A stretch of 64,000 bases of DNA. Source: Dehalococcoidia bacterium (GTDB taxonomy: Bacteria > Chloroflexota > Dehalococcoidia > Lucifugimonadales > UBA3495). This document shows, piece after piece, positions 53,665 through 62,624 of this stretch (positions are counted from its first letter, which is position 1; each line of letters starts with the position of its first letter). The stretch is from assembly GCA_965232815.1 (NCBI GenBank), contig OZ247427.1:98447-162446 (forward strand). The letters run 5' to 3'. The notes beneath the pieces are model-generated. The model saw only the letters and a program-made list of their open reading frames with translations. It searched no databases and was not told the origin of the DNA. A program made the translations under genes and the position numbers.

Positions 53665-55536
53665 TTAGTGGTGCTCGCCGCTTTCGTGGTGTTCCTCTGC
53701 GGCAGGCTCGTTGGACCATCCAATCACGCCGATGACCGTTATGATTCCGCCGATAAAGCACACCGGGAACCTGATGTAGTCCCAACCAACGTCGATGAGG
53801 AATCCCCCGGCCAGCCAGGCCACCCCGAAAGCGGTAACCAGCGGCCAGTATGACGGGCTCGGCAGGTGGATCGTCGAGGAATCTACGTGCGCTTCGCCCT
53901 CCACGGTCTCGCCGCGCGCGGCCGCCTCCCGCTTCGTGATCCAGTAAGCATCCTGGCCCTTGACCACCGGAATCTCTGCGAAGTTGTACACCGGCGGCGG
54001 TGATGAGATGCTCCACTCCAGCGTCGGTGCGTCCCACGGATCGTGGCCGGCAGGCTCGCCCTTCTTGAGGCTGCGGAAGAAGTTGTGGATGAACACCAGC
54101 AGGCTGATCACTATGATGAAGTACCCGATCGTGGCCAGCAGGTTCATGCCTTCCCAGCCGAACCCCTCGGCATAGGTGTAAATCCGTCGTGGCATGCCGT
54201 TCAGGCCGGCGTAGTGCATCGGGAAGAACGTCAGGTTCATCCCCACGAACATCAGCCAGAAATGCACCTTCCCCAGCATTTCGTGGTACATCTTGCCCGT
54301 TATCTTGGGATACCAGTAGTAGATCCCGGCGAAGATTCCGAATATCGCGCCGCCAAACAGCACGTAGTGAATGTGCGCAATGATGTAGTAGGTGTCCTGC
54401 TGCTGGAAGTCAGAGGGCGACACCGCGTGCGACACTCCCGACAGTCCGCCTACGATAAACAGCGCCACGAACCCGATCGCCATCAGCATCGGCGTCCTCA
54501 GGTCGATGGAACCCTGCCACATCGTGCCGATCCAGTTGAATATCTTCACTCCGGTGGGCACCGCGATCAACATCGTCGTTATGGTGAACACTGAGTTGGC
54601 GATCGGCCCCAGCCCCACGGTGAACATGTGGTGGCTCCACACCGCCCAGCTCATGATGGCGATGACAATTCCTGAGAACACGACCACCGGGTACCCGAAT
54701 AGCGGCTTCCGGCTGAATGTCGGAATGATCTCCGAGACCACACCCATCGCCGGCAGAATCAGGATGTACACCTCAGGGTGTCCGAACAGCCAGAACAGGT
54801 GCTGCCAGAGGATGGGGTCCCCACCGGCGGAGGTGTTGAAGAAGTTGGCGCCAAACTGACGGTCTGCCGTCAGCTCGATCAGCGCCACCGTGATGATTGG
54901 GAACGCCAGCACCAGCAGGATGCTCGTCACCAACGTCATCCAGACGAACACCGGCATCCGCATCAGGGACATCCCCGGCGCTCGCATGTTGATGATCGTA
55001 ACGATGAAGTTGAAGCCGGCCGCCAACGAGGCAATACCCAGGACCTGCAGGCTCAGCGCCCAGAAGTCCAGGCCCTTGCTCAGGCTGTAAGGCGCCGAGG
55101 TCAGGTTCGCGTAAGAGAACCAACCCGCATCCGGTACTTGCCCGATCAGGAATCCGGCGTGCATCAGAAGTGCGCCGAACAGGAACGTCCAGTAGGAGAA
55201 TGCATTGAGTCGCGGGAACGCCACGTCCCGCGCCCCGATCATCAGCGGTATCAGGAAGTTGAAGAACGTCGCACCGAACGGCATGATCGCCATGAACACC
55301 ATGGTCGTGCCATGCATCGTGAACATCGCGTTGAACCAGTCTGGCGACACCAGCGACGCGTCCGACGTGGCCAACTGCAGACGCATGATGCCCGCCTCTA
55401 TTCCTCCGATCAGGAAGAATATAAACGCGGAAAAACCGTACAACGCACCGATACGCTTGTGGTCAACCGTAGTCAGCCAGCTCCACAAGCCGGTGTAGGT
55501 ACTGGGGCGGGGTATCACGCCGGTGATGGTTACCAT
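53665..55536 (-). CDS. ctaD: cytochrome c oxidase subunit I
   Basis: 623 aa. WLFGHPEVYILILPAMG, AHIHYVLFGG and other heme-copper oxidase hallmarks. Confidence 0.95.
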   Translation of the reverse strand: MVTITGVIPRPSTYTGLWSWLTTVDHKRIGALYGFSAFIFFLIGGIEAGIMRLQLATSDASLVSPDWFNAMFTMHGTTMVFMAIMPFGATFFNFLIPLMIGARDVAFPRLNAFSYWTFLFGALLMHAGFLIGQVPDAGWFSYANLTSAPYSLSKGLDFWALSLQVLGIASLAAGFNFIVTIINMRAPGMSLMRMPVFVWMTLVTSILLVLAFPIITVALIELTADRQFGANFFNTSAGGDPILWQHLFWLFGHPEVYILILPAMGVVSEIIPTFSRKPLFGYPVVVFSGIVIAIMSWAVWSHHMFTVGLGPIANSVFTITTMLIAVPTGVKIFNWIGTMWQGSIDLRTPMLMAIGFVALFIVGGLSGVSHAVSPSDFQQQDTYYIIAHIHYVLFGGAIFGIFAGIYYWYPKITGKMYHEMLGKVHFWLMFVGMNLTFFPMHYAGLNGMPRRIYTYAEGFGWEGMNLLATIGYFIIVISLLVFIHNFFRSLKKGEPAGHDPWDAPTLEWSISSPPPVYNFAEIPVVKGQDAYWITKREAAARGETVEGEAHVDSSTIHLPSPSYWPLVTAFGVAWLAGGFLIDVGWDYIRFPVCFIGGIITVIGVIGWSNEPAAEEHHESGEHH

Positions 55537-55626
55537 TGTCTCAGTTCCTCCGCTGCAGCGCGGTCCTTACGGCCGTGGCCATGCGTTAGCGGTGTTTTTG
55601 TTCTGTCTGGTTATTCTACCCGACGG

Positions 55627-57072
55627 TTACTTTTGCGCCATCAGGTATTCGACCAGGTCGCTCAACTGGTCCTCGGTTAGGTCGGCCCTGTGGTCCAGCC
55701 GGGTCTGGTAGATCGCGGCCAATTCAGACATCCGGTTGCCGGGCTTGATATCGTCGGGGTTGCGGAGCCATTGCCGCAGGGTCTCCCGGTTGAGATCAAC
55801 CAGTCCTGCCCCAATGGTCGTACGCGCGCCCAGGTCAGTTAGATTGGGGGCCGCGAACGCCGTCGGCGGTTCCTCGCCGGCCCTTACGTCTGCCAGTCTT
55901 TCACCCCCTGACTTCTGGAGCCACTCGGTGTAGGCGATGAACGTCTTCATCCGTGCGACCTGCACGCCGTCGCCGACCTCATTCACGATGTCAGCGGACC
56001 CCACCGTGTGACAGGTGACGCACTGCCCGTCTCCCAGGAATACCAGTTGTCCCGCCGAAGCCTCGGCCGACATCGGTTCTGCCAATTCGCCACCCCAGCC
56101 GTCAACCCATGCTCTGTATTCGACGTCAGGCAGGGCATGTACGCGGAATTTCATCTGGGCATGCGCAGTTCCGCAGAACTCTGCGCACTGGCCGTAATAC
56201 ATTCCGACATCCTCGGCAAGGAACCACATCTGGTTGTTCCGCGTGGGCACCACGTCCTGCTTGCCGGCAAGTTTGGGAATCCAGAAGCTGTGGATCACGT
56301 CGTCGCTCTTCAGCGTCATGATGACGGGCCTGTCCACCGGAATCCGCATTTCGTTCGCGGTCGTGATCAGTTCCTGGCCTTCCAGGTCTGGATTAGCATC
56401 CTCGTAGCGGAACTCCCACCACCATTGATGACCGATCGCCTCTACGTGCAGCGGCTCCTTGCCCTCGGCGCGGGCCAGCGCCACGGCCTCTCCGGGCTCA
56501 AGCTTGAACAGGACGATCACGGACCAAATGCCCAGGCCCAGGATCAATATCGTCGGGACGATGGTCCAGGCGATCTCCAGCGGCGTGTGTCCATGAGTCT
56601 GCGGAGGCAGCGGATCGCCGGGCTTCCGACGGTAACGGATGGCCGCGTACAGCAACGCGCCCTCCACCAACACAAACACCGCCACCATGGTCCACAGCAG
56701 CACATTGAAGAGGAGCAACTGCTCCCGGGCCACCGGGCCGTTCACCCCGAACGTGGATTGGGGGGCATCAGCGTCGCAACCTATGGCCGCCAGCGCCAAC
56801 AGGACGCCTAGCAGCGCCAGGGCCACCAATGGGCCCCGACCTGTGCGACGAGTGGGAGAATCAGAGGGGCTGCTCACCGGGATGTCACGCTTTGGCTCTG
56901 CATCGAAGGCTGTATTCGAGTTGGTCGGTGAGTCTTTCTCAGAGAAGGGCAGCAGCCCCATCGTGAACCCCCGGATACGGCGTGATCGCAGCGGACGCCG
57001 TATGTGCAAAATTTCACTAGCGGCGGTTACCATAGCATACGCACCTATGCCTGTCAATTTGACTTTACCCAC
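55627..57072 (-). CDS. ctaC: cytochrome c oxidase subunit II with C-terminal cytochrome c domain (caa3-type)
   Basis: CuA motif GQCAEFCGTAHAQM and C-terminal CVTCH. Start is uncertain (57072, 57033 or 56961). Confidence 0.85.
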   Translation of the reverse strand: MGKVKLTGIGAYAMVTAASEILHIRRPLRSRRIRGFTMGLLPFSEKDSPTNSNTAFDAEPKRDIPVSSPSDSPTRRTGRGPLVALALLGVLLALAAIGCDADAPQSTFGVNGPVAREQLLLFNVLLWTMVAVFVLVEGALLYAAIRYRRKPGDPLPPQTHGHTPLEIAWTIVPTILILGLGIWSVIVLFKLEPGEAVALARAEGKEPLHVEAIGHQWWWEFRYEDANPDLEGQELITTANEMRIPVDRPVIMTLKSDDVIHSFWIPKLAGKQDVVPTRNNQMWFLAEDVGMYYGQCAEFCGTAHAQMKFRVHALPDVEYRAWVDGWGGELAEPMSAEASAGQLVFLGDGQCVTCHTVGSADIVNEVGDGVQVARMKTFIAYTEWLQKSGGERLADVRAGEEPPTAFAAPNLTDLGARTTIGAGLVDLNRETLRQWLRNPDDIKPGNRMSELAAIYQTRLDHRADLTEDQLSDLVEYLMAQK

Positions 57073-57307
57073 TTTTTACGATGCTAGGCATGGTGAATTA
57101 TTCGCCATTCGTGGCACGGACGCGTCGCGCAATTGCCCGTCAAAGGCAACTCCCCGACCGCCAGGATTGTGCTGATTTCTGGCCCCGAATTCCGCGCTCA
57201 AAATCATGGGACACGCCGGGTCTGTAAGCGCCGCAATTCGCCGGGTAACGCCGACGAGCGCAGCCAAACGACGCCAACCCGGCAACAGCAAAACGCCCGC
57301 CGCAGAG

Positions 57308-58285
57308 CTAAATGGTTATGCCGAAGCTCGTGTCGACCACGCTGTCCACCATCACCGCCACGAACAGCAATGCCAGGTAAGCCAGCGAGTACAGGTAGGT
57401 CGCCTTGGCGCGACCCCGGCTATCCTCCCGCCACAACCTCCAGGCGAGCCAGATGAACGGCGCGCCCAGAATCGCCGCTGACGCCAGGTAAATCAGCCCA
57501 ACCTCCGGCAGCAGCGCGAACATCAAAGTGAGTCCCGTCAACGCTATCGAATAGAGGAATATATGCAGCGTTGTCTGCCCACGCGACGACACCACCGGCA
57601 GCATGGGAACGCCGGCCTGCTCGTAGTCTCTTTGAATTAGCAGCGACAACGCCCAGAAATGCGGCGGAGTCCAGAAAAATATGATCGCGAATAGGTACAC
57701 CGCCGGCAGGTCCAGGCTGCCGGTTACGGCGACCCATCCGACCATCGGCGGAACCGCTCCCGCCGCGCCGCCAATCACAATATTGCTCGGCGTCGTGCGC
57801 TTCAGCCAAATCGTGTACACGAACACGTAGAACAGGCTGGCGCACAGCGTCAAAATCGCCGCCAGCGGATTCACCAGCGTCGCTAGCAGCGCAAACGCCA
57901 GCACGTTCAGACCCACCCCGAACGCCAGGGCGTAGCGCGGCGACACCCGGTGCCCGGCCACCGGCCTCGCCTGCGTTCGCCGCATCTCCCGGTCAATATC
58001 CCGGTCGAGATGCTGGTTGATCGCGTTGGCGCCCCCTGATGCCAGGGACCCTCCTATCCATACCCATGCCAGCATCATGAGCGACGGCAGCCCCTGCTCG
58101 GCCAGGAACATCCCGCCCGCCGCCGTGACCAGCAGCAGCGAGATGATTTTCGGCTTGGTCAGTGCCAGGTAGTCTCGTGCCACCGACCCCAGCGATTGCC
58201 GTTGCCGGCCAACCGCGTTGATCACCATCGTCGCCGTTTCCGGTACGTCGGCATCGGGTCGAATCTCCGGCGCATTCTCTGCCAT
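57308..58285 (-). CDS. ctaB: protoheme IX farnesyltransferase (heme O synthase)
   Basis: UbiA-family motif NQHLDRDIDREMRRT. ATG at 58285 lies 1 nt after the ctaA stop. The track start at 58333 would overlap ctaA. Confidence 0.85.
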   Translation of the reverse strand: MAENAPEIRPDADVPETATMVINAVGRQRQSLGSVARDYLALTKPKIISLLLVTAAGGMFLAEQGLPSLMMLAWVWIGGSLASGGANAINQHLDRDIDREMRRTQARPVAGHRVSPRYALAFGVGLNVLAFALLATLVNPLAAILTLCASLFYVFVYTIWLKRTTPSNIVIGGAAGAVPPMVGWVAVTGSLDLPAVYLFAIIFFWTPPHFWALSLLIQRDYEQAGVPMLPVVSSRGQTTLHIFLYSIALTGLTLMFALLPEVGLIYLASAAILGAPFIWLAWRLWREDSRGRAKATYLYSLAYLALLFVAVMVDSVVDTSFGITI

Positions 58286-58286
58286 G

Positions 58287-59252
58287 TCAGTTGGCCGGCT
58301 CCGATGCGCGCACTCCCCAGACCGTTCTGGCATTCAGGTACGCCACCATCGCCATCCCCACGGCTGCGGCCCAAACCGCCGTCGCCGCGGTCAAATGCAG
58401 GGCCCGCCAGTGGGCTTGGAAATCAAGCCAGATCGTAAGCGCGCCAATCACCACCTGCGCGATGAACGTTAACAGCGTCAATCCTGCCAGCAATCGCAAC
58501 GTATTGTCCCCACCCTTGTTCGCGCCGCAACGCCATACCGCATATAGAAGGAGTATACCCAACACCAGCACGACATACCTGTGGAACATATGAATGGCGG
58601 TCAGATGGTGCATCGGAAACACGGATCCTTGACACAAAGGCCAGGTTACGCACGCGCCCGTCGCCCCCATCGCTGTAACCACCGCGCCCGATATGATCAC
58701 CACATAGACCCCAACCGTCGCCGCAATCGCCCAACGATGCGACCCATCGCCCTTAACTTCGCTCACCCGCGCGATCGGCGTTCTATAGGATGCGACCATC
58801 AGGAAGATGCACACCGCCAGCAACGCTTCCGCCGTGCCCAGATGCAAGGCCACTATCTCGCCGGGCAGGTGCGTCAGCACCGTAACTCCTCCCAGCAACC
58901 CTTGCACAATCAGCAGTGGAACCGAAATCGCCCCGGGTACCCACACCCACCGGTCGTGCCGGTAGCGTAGCAGCGCGACGATTGCCGTCGCCAGGACCAG
59001 CGGACCCACGATGACCGACGCCACGAAACGGTGCGTGTACTCGATGATCGCGGTGTATTCCAGCGGTGGCAGGACTTTTCCATAGCACAGCGGCCAATCG
59101 GGACAGCCCAGGCCGGACTCAGTTACGCGTACCACTCCCCCGATGATCACCAGGACGAATACGCTGATCGCGGTTGTCGTCGACAACCATTGCAGCCACG
59201 TGATGCGCCGGTCGGTGCGGCCGGGTTGTCCGGTTATGCCAATTGTTGCCAT
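58287..59252 (-). CDS. ctaA: heme A synthase (COX15/CtaA)
   Basis: GGVVRVTESGLGCPDWPLCYG, with 8 predicted TM segments and paired His. Confidence 0.85.
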   Translation of the reverse strand: MATIGITGQPGRTDRRITWLQWLSTTTAISVFVLVIIGGVVRVTESGLGCPDWPLCYGKVLPPLEYTAIIEYTHRFVASVIVGPLVLATAIVALLRYRHDRWVWVPGAISVPLLIVQGLLGGVTVLTHLPGEIVALHLGTAEALLAVCIFLMVASYRTPIARVSEVKGDGSHRWAIAATVGVYVVIISGAVVTAMGATGACVTWPLCQGSVFPMHHLTAIHMFHRYVVLVLGILLLYAVWRCGANKGGDNTLRLLAGLTLLTFIAQVVIGALTIWLDFQAHWRALHLTAATAVWAAAVGMAMVAYLNARTVWGVRASEPAN

Positions 59253-59516
59253 GAAGGTACGTAATAGCCCGCCGGAAACCTCATCTATTCCAGGTCGCCG
59301 GGAAGAGCCGCCTTTGATGATAAAGCACGCGGGTTTGATTTGCTACAATCGCGCGTCCCTCCATCCCAATCCGGCCCCACATCAGGCCTCATGCGGGACA
59401 ACATCCGCCCAAACGACCATCGGATGCCACCGTCATAGAATGCCACCCTAATCGACAGCCACCCTCTGCGACGCCCACACCGGTTGGCCGTCGGGATCTC
59501 TCCATCCATTAACAGC

Positions 59517-59921
59517 ATGTGGTTTCGCCAACCCCACCAAAACTTCCGTAACCTGAAACTACCCGGGTTAAGGATCGTCGGCCCAAGGATCATCGGGGTC
59601 TTGGTGCTGGCGATGCTGCTTGCCTGCGACTCCGGCCAAACGGACCCGTCGGGCCACGGCGACGGTTTCGCTTTATATCCCAAGCTTCCCCATGTGACCG
59701 GCCACATCGACCGGGTTGACCCCGACCCCGAAAATCTGCGCCACTTCAGCTTGCTCCGGATCACCGCCGCCGACCGCCAACAGTGGGAGTTCCGCGCCGA
59801 CGGTTGGGTCGGTGTTTCAGCCGGCCACTTGAAGGATCATCAGATCCAGGGCACAACCGTCACTATCTGGTACGAGGACCCGGGCGACGGCACGTTGCTC
59901 GCTCGTTTCGTGAGCGACTAA
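59517..59921 (+). CDS. hypothetical small lipoprotein
   Basis: Lipobox LAMLLAC. No family recognised. Its TAA (59919-59921) overlaps the TAG of the convergent gene (shared CTAA). Confidence 0.45.
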   Translation: MWFRQPHQNFRNLKLPGLRIVGPRIIGVLVLAMLLACDSGQTDPSGHGDGFALYPKLPHVTGHIDRVDPDPENLRHFSLLRITAADRQQWEFRADGWVGVSAGHLKDHQIQGTTVTIWYEDPGDGTLLARFVSD

Positions 59922-60691
59922 ACTCGCGGCGTCGCGCCCGGCTCCGGTCGCGCGGCATCGTCCCCGGCTACGCCGCCATCGCGCCCATTCGCTCCGTTCC
60001 CGCCCATCGGGAACCCGTCGCCCGCTGCCTGCGTGGATGCCGGCGGCGATGCGGCTGGTTGTTGGGCGGTTTGGGATTCCCGGCGGCCCGGAAAAATCAG
60101 CCTGAGCACCACGAATACAAACCGCAGCGCAAATTCCAGTGCCACCAGGAAAATCAGGTAGTACGCGATGGTCTCACGGTGTTGGTAGATTTCGTTCAGA
60201 GTGTCCAACGATGACTGGACGTCGAAAAACGTGGAGTCAATGATGAACACGCCCAAAACCGCAAACGGCAGGATCTTGGCCAGGTCCCTCGATAGTTCCT
60301 CGTTGTAGTACGCGGACACCCTGATTGCGCTCACCGTCGCCATCGCGATCAGCAGGATGTTCGACAGATCTTGGTCCTCAGACAGGAACACCAGGATCAA
60401 GGTCAGCACCGCGAACCAGAAGAACGCGAATGCCGGAAACAGCACCACATACCTGACCACGTACCACACCAGGAAAATCAGGTCCCATGCCACGGCGTCG
60501 CGCATCCGGTCATTCTTCGACAGGTCCAGGCCAAACATGTCTCGCGACGCCACGAACCGGTAGAACTTGAACACGAACACCGCGTAGGCCGCCATGCCCA
60601 GCACTACCAGCAAAACCGGCCAGAGACGTTCCAGTCCGCCGTCCAAAGACAATCCGTCGGGAAAAATCAGGCTGAGTCCTTCCGGTCCCAT
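59918..60691 (-). CDS. hypothetical polytopic membrane protein with Gly/Ala/Pro-rich C-terminal tail
   Basis: 257 aa with 5-6 hydrophobic helices (e.g. VVRYVVLFPAFAFFWFAVLTLILVFL). No family recognised. Confidence 0.5.
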   Translation of the reverse strand: MGPEGLSLIFPDGLSLDGGLERLWPVLLVVLGMAAYAVFVFKFYRFVASRDMFGLDLSKNDRMRDAVAWDLIFLVWYVVRYVVLFPAFAFFWFAVLTLILVFLSEDQDLSNILLIAMATVSAIRVSAYYNEELSRDLAKILPFAVLGVFIIDSTFFDVQSSLDTLNEIYQHRETIAYYLIFLVALEFALRFVFVVLRLIFPGRRESQTAQQPAASPPASTQAAGDGFPMGGNGANGRDGGVAGDDAARPEPGATPRV

Positions 60692-60840
60692 CTTGCAACC
60701 ATTCCTTAGCCAATCAATTTATGGAGCGACCGGTGTGCTGCCATCCATCAGCAGGCAATGGTGCCGATACGCAGCGTCGAGACGAAAGCTGATTCTCACG
60801 GCCCGATCAGGACCATCCGGTCATTGAAAATAAAACCTAC

Positions 60841-60857
60841 GGGTTGAATCGCAACCC
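60841..60857 (-). terminator. orphan intrinsic terminator on the minus strand
   Basis: Minus-strand RNA reads GGGUUG-CGAUU-CAACCC followed by GUAGGUUUUAUUUUC. No annotated minus-strand gene lies upstream of it. Confidence 0.45.
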
Positions 60858-60968
60858 TGCCCAAGAGTATAGGTAGCCGCCGCGACGAGGGTCAAGCAAA
60901 CCGCGCGCCGCCTCAGCGCCTTTCAATTACTCGTAAACGCCGCCGTGACTTGCATACACCGCCGCAGT

Positions 60969-61001
60969 CCGCTCATGGTGAGCCTGTCGAACCACGAGCG
61001 G
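60969..61001. repeat. REP-like hairpin of the 'VSLSNHE' type
   Basis: CCGCTCATGGT-N11-ACCACGAGCGG (10 of 11 pairs). A related degenerate copy lies at 17109-17141 (shared TCGAACCACG-N-GCGGACG). Confidence 0.6.
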
Positions 61002-61298
61002 ACGACGTCTTCAGCAACGTCCCGCACTGCACATTCGCCTCGCCACCCTAATGTCTGCCTCCAATCCATCGTGCCGGGGATCATTCAACGCCATACCTAC
61101 AACACTCCCTCGCCATCCCTCTACAACCACGTTCCAGTTCCCGCAACACCGGTTTCCTCCGCAATCGAAGGCACACCCCCATCCGTTGACCCCTTGCACC
61201 ATCGCGCACACGCAAGGTTGCCCGTCAGCCCCAACTTGCCCTAAACTTGCGCCCACTACTGTTACTCGGGTTTTGAATGCCCCACCGGAGGCCAATCA

Positions 61299-62624
61299 AT
61301 GCCACTGCCGACCCCCTTAAAAGGTATTCGTGTCGTCGACTTCACCTGGGTGCGCGCCGGCCCTTGGGCGGCACGTTGGCTGGGCACCCTGGGAGCCGAG
61401 GTCGTCAAGGTCGAATGGCCGCTCAACCTCGACACCCTGCGCCAGAACCGTTTCACCGTCCCGCCCGGCGTGGAGCCCGGCCCCAACTCCACCGGACAGT
61501 TCGCGGATACCAATGCCAACAAGCGTGGTATCAGCGTGAACACCCGCACTGATGAGGGCCTCGAACTGGTCAAACGGCTGATCTCTGTTTCTGACGTCGT
61601 CATCGAAAACTTCAGCAGCCGCATCATGCAGCGTTGGGGCCTTGGCTACGAACAACTCAAACAGATCCGCCCCGATATAGTCTACGTGTCCATGGCCGGA
61701 TTCGGCCACACCGGTCGCCACCACTGGTACGGCACCATGGGCCCCGCGGCCCAGGCCCTCAGCGGCCTGACCCACCTGTCCGGCCTGCCCGACGCGCCGC
61801 CGGCGGGCTGGGGATGGTCATACCTGGACGACACCGGGGGAATGTACGGCGCAATCAGCGCGTTGACCGCCCTCCGCCATCGTTCCGCCACCGGCAAGGG
61901 CCAGCACGTTGACCTTTCCCAGATGATCACCGGTATCACCCTCACCGGGCCTGCCTTCCTCGACAAATCGGTGAACGGACGCCCGGCGCGCCGCGAGGGC
62001 TTCCCGCCCGGCAATCGCACCGTCTGGCCCGGAGCCGAAGTGGTCAACAACTACCGCGGCCCCATCGCCGCTCCGCACAACGCATACCGCACGTCGCCCG
62101 GCGGTTACAACGACTGGGCCACCATCGCCTGCCTGTCCGACGACGAATGGCGCAACCTCGTCAAGCTCATGGGCAGCCCCGATTGGGCCCATGACCGTTT
62201 CGATACCATCGACGGACGCCTGGATCACCAGGAGGAGATGGACGAGCACATCGAAAAGTGGACCCAAACTATGGGCAAGTACGAGCTTACCGAAAAGTGC
62301 CAGGCCGCCGGAATCCGCGCCATGGCCGTGCAGAGCAGCCAGGACCGCGTGGACAACGACCCGCAACTGCGCCACCGCGATATGTACGTGCCCATGGATC
62401 ACCCCATGCTCGGCCCATGGAAGTTCCAGAATGCGCCGTTCAAGTTGTCCAAGTCCCCCGCCCGCATCGCCAACCCGCCCCCCATGATCGGCCAGCACAA
62501 CCGCGAGGTCCTCGAGGACCTGCTCGGCGTGCCCCATCAGGAACTGCTGGACGGCTACGAAAACGGCATCTTCTGGCCCACCACCATGGACCGCTACCCC
62601 TACATCGAGGAGGCCCTGCGATGA
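61299..62624 (+). CDS. family III CoA-transferase (CaiB/BaiF-like)
   Basis: ATG 7 nt after GGAGG. LKGIRVVDFTWVRAGPWAARWLGTLGAEVVKVE N-terminal motif. Confidence 0.85.
   Translation: MPLPTPLKGIRVVDFTWVRAGPWAARWLGTLGAEVVKVEWPLNLDTLRQNRFTVPPGVEPGPNSTGQFADTNANKRGISVNTRTDEGLELVKRLISVSDVVIENFSSRIMQRWGLGYEQLKQIRPDIVYVSMAGFGHTGRHHWYGTMGPAAQALSGLTHLSGLPDAPPAGWGWSYLDDTGGMYGAISALTALRHRSATGKGQHVDLSQMITGITLTGPAFLDKSVNGRPARREGFPPGNRTVWPGAEVVNNYRGPIAAPHNAYRTSPGGYNDWATIACLSDDEWRNLVKLMGSPDWAHDRFDTIDGRLDHQEEMDEHIEKWTQTMGKYELTEKCQAAGIRAMAVQSSQDRVDNDPQLRHRDMYVPMDHPMLGPWKFQNAPFKLSKSPARIANPPPMIGQHNREVLEDLLGVPHQELLDGYENGIFWPTTMDRYPYIEEALR

Noticed and set aside
59313-59348. Extended -10-like TGCTACAAT (59340-59348) upstream of the small lipoprotein gene.
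   Set aside because: There is no -35 at proper spacing (TTGATG is 24 nt away), and it lies about 170 nt from the ATG. The evidence is too weak to list as a feature.
60945-61244. 99-aa plus-strand ORF containing MVSLSNHERTTSS.
   Set aside because: The VSLSNHE peptide is the in-frame reading of a REP-type hairpin. The rest is Pro/Ser/Thr-rich translation of the G-depleted tract. There is no RBS.
61011-61295. 94-aa minus-strand Gly/Cys-rich ORF, considered as a possible Cys-rich peptide/RiPP precursor.
   Set aside because: It has a TTG start buried in the RBS/start region of the CoA-transferase gene, about 57% GC3 by hand count (lower than neighbouring genes), no leader/core logic and no nearby maturation enzymes. 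It is kept only as part of the candidate ncRNA region.
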